Origin: a virus
Lineage: Duplodnaviria; Heunggongvirae; Uroviricota; Caudoviricetes
DNA length: 64,000 nucleotides
Virus record (IMG/VR): IMGVR_UViG_2541047712_000002
Reading direction: 5' to 3' (one strand)
In this document: piece by piece, positions 58,309-64,000 of the stretch
Numbering within the stretch: the stretch's first letter is position 1
Layout of the letters: the number at the start of each line of letters is the position of its first letter
Notes under the pieces: generated by a model
Told to the model about the DNA's origin: nothing
The model's input: only the letters and a program-made list of their open reading frames with translations
Databases searched by the model: none
Translations under genes and position numbers: made by a program

Positions 58309-59994
58309 ATGAATACAGCCCTTTCCATCATCGACGATGCCAACTCAAACACTGCTATCGACTATCGGCAGGAAATGAACGTCATCCACGAAATTGTGGC
58401 CGAGTGCGAGAAAGAGATCGCCTTCATGTATCAGGTTCACGACTTCGTTTATGGCGACGAACGCCACAACATGATTAATCGCCTGCTGAGACTAAACCAT
58501 CGACCAGATGAAGATCGCTCGCGTTTAAATCGAGGTTGGTTGGATAAAGTCGATCTGGAATGGGTGAAACAGAATATTTGGGCCGAGTACTGGAGGAAGG
58601 TCACGGACATGACTAACGTTTTGCTGATCATGCCAGCTTCCCGTCGAGATGAGTGGCGCGAGCAGTTTATAGAGGGCAAACAGGAAGTCATCAAAACTGA
58701 CAGAACCGGCTACCAGATGAAGGTTAAAGAGTTCGTTGGTGTACCGGAGTTCAAAGCAGAAACGGTCATACCCACGATGCTTAATTTGCTGAATGACAGG
58801 CACAAATATCTCTCTGAGCGCGTGTATGGCTTGTTTAAGGCGCTGAGTCCTGCGCACAAGACAAATAAGACAAACGGTTTCAGCGAGCGTCTGATAATCG
58901 CTGACTGCATTTCTGATTTCTGGCGGGACAGCGTTAGCGTGAACTATCGCAAAGAGGACTACATCGACGATCTGCGTGTCTTGCTTCATTTCTTCGCGCA
59001 CAAAGAATTTATTACCATCAACCGCACTGCTGAGGTGCTATCAGCTGCGTATCGGGCAAACGACTGCCAGACCGGTGACTGGATGAACGTCGATGGAAAT
59101 CTGATGCGCGTGAAGATGTTCAAGAACGGCAACGTTCACTTTGAAATACATCCTGACGTGGCCTGGAAGTTGAATGAGGTGCTGGCTTACAGTATGCCTG
59201 CTGCAATTCCCGCGCCATGCCGAACTGCGCCAAAAACACGGGCACCAAAGCAGTTCGGGTTAATCCAGAAGACGATCTCCGTGCCGGTTCGCACTGCGCT
59301 TCGTGACGGGCGATTGAGCAAAGACAAAGGCGTATGGTACTTCTCTGATTCAGCTCTCCAGAAGTCGCAGGTGGAAGAGCTTGAGCGCACACTGAGCTTC
59401 ATTGGCGGCGTGCAGGAGAAAAAGCACTGGCAGTTCCCGTATGAGATCGGCCATACGCTAAATACGATTGTGGCTACCGGATTAATACCGGATACAAAAT
59501 CACACCAGTTCTACCCTACCCCACGCTTGATTGCTGAGTACGTTGCCAGAGCCACTGAATTGAAGTCTGGTGAGAAGCTGCTGGAGCCTCAAGCCGGACG
59601 TGGGGATCTTCTGGCCTATATCAACGCCGATCTGGAAGATGTTACCTGCATAGAAATCGCACCTCTCTTCGCTGATATCCTGCGCGGAAAAGGGTATACG
59701 AACACGATTTGCTGCGACTTCATAAAGTGGTCTGAGGACAACGTAGGTTATCAGTTCGACAAAATCGTTATGAACCCGCCGTACTCGCTTGGTCGTCATA
59801 GAGAGCACACGCTGGCTGCGCTGGGGCATCTGAAAGTCGGCGGGCGTCTTGTAGCAGTATTGCCGGGCACTGCGCCAATACTGGACTGGATGACGATGGA
59901 TAATTACGTTTATGCCAGAGGGAAGTCGTTTACCAACGAGTTTGAAGACACAGGGATCACAGTCAGCGTATACGTTTTCAAACGCGTTAAATGA
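58309..59994 (+). CDS. DNA methyltransferase (NPPY type) with large N-terminal domain of unknown function
   Basis: C-terminal motif I LLEPQAGRGDLL and motif IV VMNPPY; about 390 N-terminal residues unassigned. Confidence 0.6.
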   Translation: MNTALSIIDDANSNTAIDYRQEMNVIHEIVAECEKEIAFMYQVHDFVYGDERHNMINRLLRLNHRPDEDRSRLNRGWLDKVDLEWVKQNIWAEYWRKVTDMTNVLLIMPASRRDEWREQFIEGKQEVIKTDRTGYQMKVKEFVGVPEFKAETVIPTMLNLLNDRHKYLSERVYGLFKALSPAHKTNKTNGFSERLIIADCISDFWRDSVSVNYRKEDYIDDLRVLLHFFAHKEFITINRTAEVLSAAYRANDCQTGDWMNVDGNLMRVKMFKNGNVHFEIHPDVAWKLNEVLAYSMPAAIPAPCRTAPKTRAPKQFGLIQKTISVPVRTALRDGRLSKDKGVWYFSDSALQKSQVEELERTLSFIGGVQEKKHWQFPYEIGHTLNTIVATGLIPDTKSHQFYPTPRLIAEYVARATELKSGEKLLEPQAGRGDLLAYINADLEDVTCIEIAPLFADILRGKGYTNTICCDFIKWSEDNVGYQFDKIVMNPPYSLGRHREHTLAALGHLKVGGRLVAVLPGTAPILDWMTMDNYVYARGKSFTNEFEDTGITVSVYVFKRVK

Positions 59995-60055
59995 TAGGTA
60001 AATACTTACCTAATTTGTGTAAGAATGTAGTTACTAAACGATAAGAGAAAAACAC

Positions 60056-60760
60056 ATGAACAACCTCCAGTTAGAGCATTTTAACGTCACAGGCCATTCT
60101 GATTTTCCTTTCAAGTTTACATTGAAAGGTTATGCAGAGGATACGGTAGGCCAGATCATTATTGATAAAGGCATCGTTAAGTTTGAGGGGAATTTTGATG
60201 AATCCGCGAAAACATTCATAGACTTCGTTGCCAAACGTTGGAGCGAGCAATGGAAAGGCCTGGAAAAGCGCGCTAATGAGTTTGATCGGTTCATGGATGC
60301 AATGGATACAGCAAAAGAGGCTCTTGCTGCCGGGACTCCGTTAGATCTGGAGTCACTTTTCAACGGCGAAGTGGCCTCTGCGATGTTCGCCACCATGTTC
60401 GCGGGTGAGTTCGTCCGCAGCGGTGCCAAAAACTACCTTGAGCTGGATTACAACGTCCCTGCAATTGGCGATTTCGTCGTTACCATCCAACGCAAAGAAG
60501 GTAAGACGCCAGGTGAACGCGTCGCAGAACTTGAGGCTGTTGTGGATCAGCGTAACGGAGAGTGTGACCGTTTGATCAACGAGCTTCATGCACTTCGGGA
60601 AGAAAGAATATGCGAGGGTAGTAATACACGTAATGCAGCGGATATCTACTTCCAGTTAGTTGAGGAATGCCAGATTCCACCAGGTGGCTCTCTTGTCGAT
60701 TACGTCGGACATTTAATGGCGGAAGTTAACTCCAGCCATAAAGATGGTGAGGTGCGCTGA
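60056..60760 (+). CDS. hypothetical protein
   Basis: 234-aa ORF with GAGAAAAACACATG context. Confidence 0.45.
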   Translation: MNNLQLEHFNVTGHSDFPFKFTLKGYAEDTVGQIIIDKGIVKFEGNFDESAKTFIDFVAKRWSEQWKGLEKRANEFDRFMDAMDTAKEALAAGTPLDLESLFNGEVASAMFATMFAGEFVRSGAKNYLELDYNVPAIGDFVVTIQRKEGKTPGERVAELEAVVDQRNGECDRLINELHALREERICEGSNTRNAADIYFQLVEECQIPPGGSLVDYVGHLMAEVNSSHKDGEVR

Positions 60761-61140
60761 TGTTTGGCATTGACGCACAGCGTATAGCCGCTTTTGCAAA
60801 AAGCCCTCTTGATAATCCCTTGTCTCGTAGTGAGCAAATGGAGCTGGCAAGGCTTTTTCTTCACATTCAAAAACAGGCAGACATTTTCAATAACATGCCT
60901 AATCAACCTATTCTGGATGGCCACATCCAGATGGTCATTAACAGTCATGAGAAAGGCTGGGCTGCAATCGTCCCCTGCACAATTACATACAAGTTGGCGA
61001 AAGAGGTTCAAGAGTTTCGAAAAGCCAGTGTCGAATCGGAGTCTACCAAAGCCGCAATAAACACTCTTATTCGCATGGGGTTCACATGGACCGGTGGAGC
61101 CTACTGGCAAGCACCTCACCCCATTTTATCCGGCAATTAG
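60760..61140 (+). CDS. hypothetical protein
   Basis: 126-aa ORF, ATGA-coupled to the previous gene; last phage-like ORF before host-type genes. Confidence 0.4.
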   Translation: MFGIDAQRIAAFAKSPLDNPLSRSEQMELARLFLHIQKQADIFNNMPNQPILDGHIQMVINSHEKGWAAIVPCTITYKLAKEVQEFRKASVESESTKAAINTLIRMGFTWTGGAYWQAPHPILSGN

Positions 61141-61290
61141 ACGCTACAAATCCTTCGGCATGAATAAATAAAGGCCATAAGTTGTGGCCTTAAATAAATT
61201 GTTTTCTACCTTTTCTTATTTGTGAAAATAACGTTCCTTTGTCTGGTGCTATGTACCGATCAGTTGCACTGAGTGAGCTTCTTTCATGTA

Positions 61291-61310
61291 TACTGTATAA
61301 ATGAACAGTA
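61291..61310. promoter_or_regulatory. LexA (SOS) box
   Basis: TACTGTATAAATGAACAGTA: CTGT-N8-ACAG palindrome about 17 nt upstream of the umuD'-like start. Confidence 0.7.
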
Positions 61311-61326
61311 TTGAGGGCAAAACGCT

Positions 61327-61716
61327 ATGGGCTTCCCTTCTCCTGCGGCGGATTATGCTGAGAGCCGTATTTCTCTTGATCAGCAGATAATTAGACATCC
61401 TTCAGCGACCTACTTCATGAGGGCAGCTGATAGTCATCATCGTGAGGGAATATTACAGGGTGCATTGCTGGTGGTCGATTCCTCACTTACCCCGGTTGAT
61501 GGTTCTCTGCTTGTATGCGCTCTGGATGGGGAATATCGCGTAAAAAGATACCGGAAGTACCCACGTCAGCATCTGGAGGATTTAAGAACCGGTAAGAAGG
61601 AAGCATTGCCAAAGGATGACGATGGATGCACGGGCAGCAATGCCGTGTTTGGTGTGATCACTCACATTATCAACGACGCAAGAAGTGGCGAGTTTGATGA
61701 TTGTCCCGTGATGTAG
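61327..61716 (+). CDS. UmuD'-like S24 peptidase-family protein lacking the N-terminal arm
   Basis: starts MGFPSPAADY, matching UmuD from Gly25 onward (after the Cys24-Gly25 cleavage site); Ser and Lys of the S24 dyad retained; in-frame TGA immediately upstream excludes a longer N-terminus. Confidence 0.7.
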   Translation: MGFPSPAADYAESRISLDQQIIRHPSATYFMRAADSHHREGILQGALLVVDSSLTPVDGSLLVCALDGEYRVKRYRKYPRQHLEDLRTGKKEALPKDDDGCTGSNAVFGVITHIINDARSGEFDDCPVM

Positions 61717-61753
61717 GAGAACTGATTAGGCGGTGCAATGCACCGCCTTTTTA

Positions 61754-62854
61754 TCACACTGCGCGGAATGCGATTTCGCCAGGTATTACTTCACCTTGCC
61801 AATACATTTGGGCAGCAACGCGATCTGCGAGGTCACGATAAATAGCCGTAAATTCGCTATCTGGACGACTAATAACGGTTGGTGTTCCGTTATCCAGATC
61901 TTCACGAAGAGAGATATGAAGTGGCATTTGGCCTAACAACTGCGTGTTGTATTTCTCGGCCAGTTTCTGTGCGCCACCGGTGCCAAAAATTGGCTCGTGA
62001 TGACCGCAGTTACTGCAAATATGCACACTCATGTTTTCGACGATACCCAGTACCGGCACTTCGACTTTTTCGAACATCACAATGCCTTTCTTCGCATCGA
62101 TCAGCGCGATGTCTTGCGGCGTAGTTACCACAACCGCACCAGTTACAGGAATGTTCTGCGCCAGTGTCAATTGAATGTCACCGGTGCCTGGCGGCATGTC
62201 GAGCACCAGATAATCCAGATCCGGCCATAAGGTTTCTTGCAACATTTGCATCAACGCCTTGCTCGCCATCGGGCCACGCCACACCATCGCGTTGTCGTCA
62301 GTGACCAGATAACCAATTGAGTTGGTTGCCAGGCCATGAGACATGATAGGTGCCATGTGAGTGCCGTCCGGTGAGGTTGGACGTTGGTTTTCCGCACCCA
62401 GCATGGTTGGAATTGATGGACCGTAGATATCGGCATCCAAAATACCGACTTTCGCACCTTCAGCAGCCAACGCCAGTGCCAAGTTTACTGCTGTGGACGA
62501 TTTGCCTACACCGCCCTTGCCTGAGCTGACGGCGATAATGTTCTTAACGCCATTAATGCCTGGTTGGTTTTTGACGCGCTTAAGCGTGGCAATGTTGTAC
62601 GACAGCTTCCAGTCAATAGCCTTTGCGCCAGTGATACGGAGCAGATCACCACTACATTGCTCTTTCAGGTCTTCAAAAGGCTTATTCCACACGAAAGGCA
62701 TGATTAGTTCGACATGCAGTGTGTCATCCATCAACGCAACATGGTGTAACGCTTTAAGCGTAGTCAGGTTGTGTTTCAGGGTTGGGTGCTGAAAATTAGC
62801 CAGCGTACCGGCTACCATTGCTCTCAGGGCATCCGGCGATTTGGACTCGCTCAT
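61754..62854 (-). CDS. apbC: Fe-S cluster carrier ATPase Mrp/ApbC
   Basis: near-identical to enterobacterial Mrp across its length (P-loop KGGVGKSS, CSNC motif). Confidence 0.9.
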   Translation of the reverse strand: MSESKSPDALRAMVAGTLANFQHPTLKHNLTTLKALHHVALMDDTLHVELIMPFVWNKPFEDLKEQCSGDLLRITGAKAIDWKLSYNIATLKRVKNQPGINGVKNIIAVSSGKGGVGKSSTAVNLALALAAEGAKVGILDADIYGPSIPTMLGAENQRPTSPDGTHMAPIMSHGLATNSIGYLVTDDNAMVWRGPMASKALMQMLQETLWPDLDYLVLDMPPGTGDIQLTLAQNIPVTGAVVVTTPQDIALIDAKKGIVMFEKVEVPVLGIVENMSVHICSNCGHHEPIFGTGGAQKLAEKYNTQLLGQMPLHISLREDLDNGTPTVISRPDSEFTAIYRDLADRVAAQMYWQGEVIPGEIAFRAV

Positions 62855-63011
62855 CCCGTCTCCTTTATTTTAATTTGCGCAATTGTCGCCTTGTAGTGTA
62901 CTCCAGCTACGACATTTAATCATTTATGAGAAATGCTGTTATCACATGGCAGACATAAGGCCATTTTGTTACTATCAAGCCCCTTTTCACTACAAAGAAG
63001 TAATGCCTACT

Positions 63012-64000
63012 ATGACCCAAGTCGCGAAGAAAATTCTGGTGACGTGCGCGCTGCCGTACGCTAACGGCTCAATCCACCTCGGCCATATGCTGGAGCACAT
63101 CCAGGCTGATGTCTGGGTTCGTTACCAGCGAATGCGCGGCCACGAGGTTAATTTCATCTGTGCCGACGATGCCCACGGTACGCCGATCATGCTGAAAGCA
63201 CAGCAGCTTGGTATCACACCGGAGCAGATGATTGGCGAAATGAGTCAGGAACACCAGACTGATTTCGCAGGCTTTAATATCAGCTACGACAACTATCACT
63301 CGACGCACAGCGAAGAGAACCGTCAGTTGTCTGAGCTTATCTATACTCGCCTGAAAGAGAACGGTTTTATTAAAAACCGCACCATCTCTCAGTTGTACGA
63401 CCCGGAAAAAGGTATGTTTCTGCCGGATCGTTTTGTAAAAGGCACCTGCCCGAAATGTAAAGCGCCAGATCAATACGGCGATAACTGTGAAGTCTGCGGC
63501 GCAACATATAGCCCGACTGAATTGATCGAGCCGAAATCGGTGGTTTCTGGCGCTACCCCGGTAATGCGTGATTCCGAACACTTCTTCTTTGATCTGCCTT
63601 CTTTCAGCGAAATGTTGCAGGCATGGACCCGCAGCGGCGCGTTGCAGGAGCAGGTGGCGAACAAAATGCAGGAATGGTTTGAATCCGGCCTGCAACAGTG
63701 GGATATCTCCCGAGATGCGCCTTACTTCGGTTTTGAAATTCCGAACGCGCCGGGCAAATATTTCTACGTCTGGCTGGACGCGCCGATTGGCTACATGGGT
63801 TCCTTCAAGAATCTGTGCGACAAGCGCGGCGATACCACCAGCTTCGATGAATACTGGAAGAAAGACTCCACCGCCGAGCTGTACCACTTCATCGGTAAAG
63901 ATATTGTTTACTTCCACAGCCTGTTCTGGCCTGCCATGCTGGAAGGCAGCAACTTCCGCAAGCCGACCAACCTGTTTGTTCACGGCTATGTGACGGTGAA
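63012..64000 (+). CDS. metG: methionyl-tRNA synthetase, 5' portion (runs off the window)
   Basis: [35 protein letters not shown] with HIGH motif; absent from the ORF track because no stop lies in the window. Confidence 0.9.
   Translation, partial: MTQVAKKILVTCALPYANGSIHLGHMLEHIQADVWVRYQRMRGHEVNFICADDAHGTPIMLKAQQLGITPEQMIGEMSQEHQTDFAGFNISYDNYHSTHSEENRQLSELIYTRLKENGFIKNRTISQLYDPEKGMFLPDRFVKGTCPKCKAPDQYGDNCEVCGATYSPTELIEPKSVVSGATPVMRDSEHFFFDLPSFSEMLQAWTRSGALQEQVANKMQEWFESGLQQWDISRDAPYFGFEIPNAPGKYFYVWLDAPIGYMGSFKNLCDKRGDTTSFDEYWKKDSTAELYHFIGKDIVYFHSLFWPAMLEGSNFRKPTNLFVHGYVTV

Noticed and set aside
63069-63983. 304-aa minus-strand ORF
   Set aside because: Antisense to the clearly recognisable metG coding sequence on the + strand; it is a shadow ORF.

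Overview
The window is dominated by a phage-like DNA replication, recombination and nucleotide-metabolism module, includes an iteron-type RepA replicon, and ends in enterobacterial core genes. The phage-like genes are a DnaB-type helicase, primase, ATP-dependent ligase, DnaE-type polymerase, gp32-like SSB, FEN-type 5'-3' exonuclease, a RecA-like recombinase split by a LAGLIDADG intein, SbcCD/Mre11-Rad50-like nuclease, RuvC-like resolvase, NrdAB, a ThyA-DHFR-kinase operon, DnaQ-like exonuclease, RNase HI, two DNA methyltransferases, a CobT/CobS-like vWA-AAA pair and a tRNA cluster. The replicon is a RepA-like initiator flanked by iteron arrays with a DnaA box and GATC clusters. A chaperone-usher fimbrial operon with a PapB-like regulator and a tyrosine integrase are embedded between phage-like segments. 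The right end carries an SOS-box umuD'-like gene, mrp/apbC and the 5' part of metG. All calls are from reading the sequence and the ORF translations; no database search was run, and coordinates of non-coding features are hand-counted and may be off by a base or two. No single undescribed system is proven; the strongest candidates are listed in the findings.
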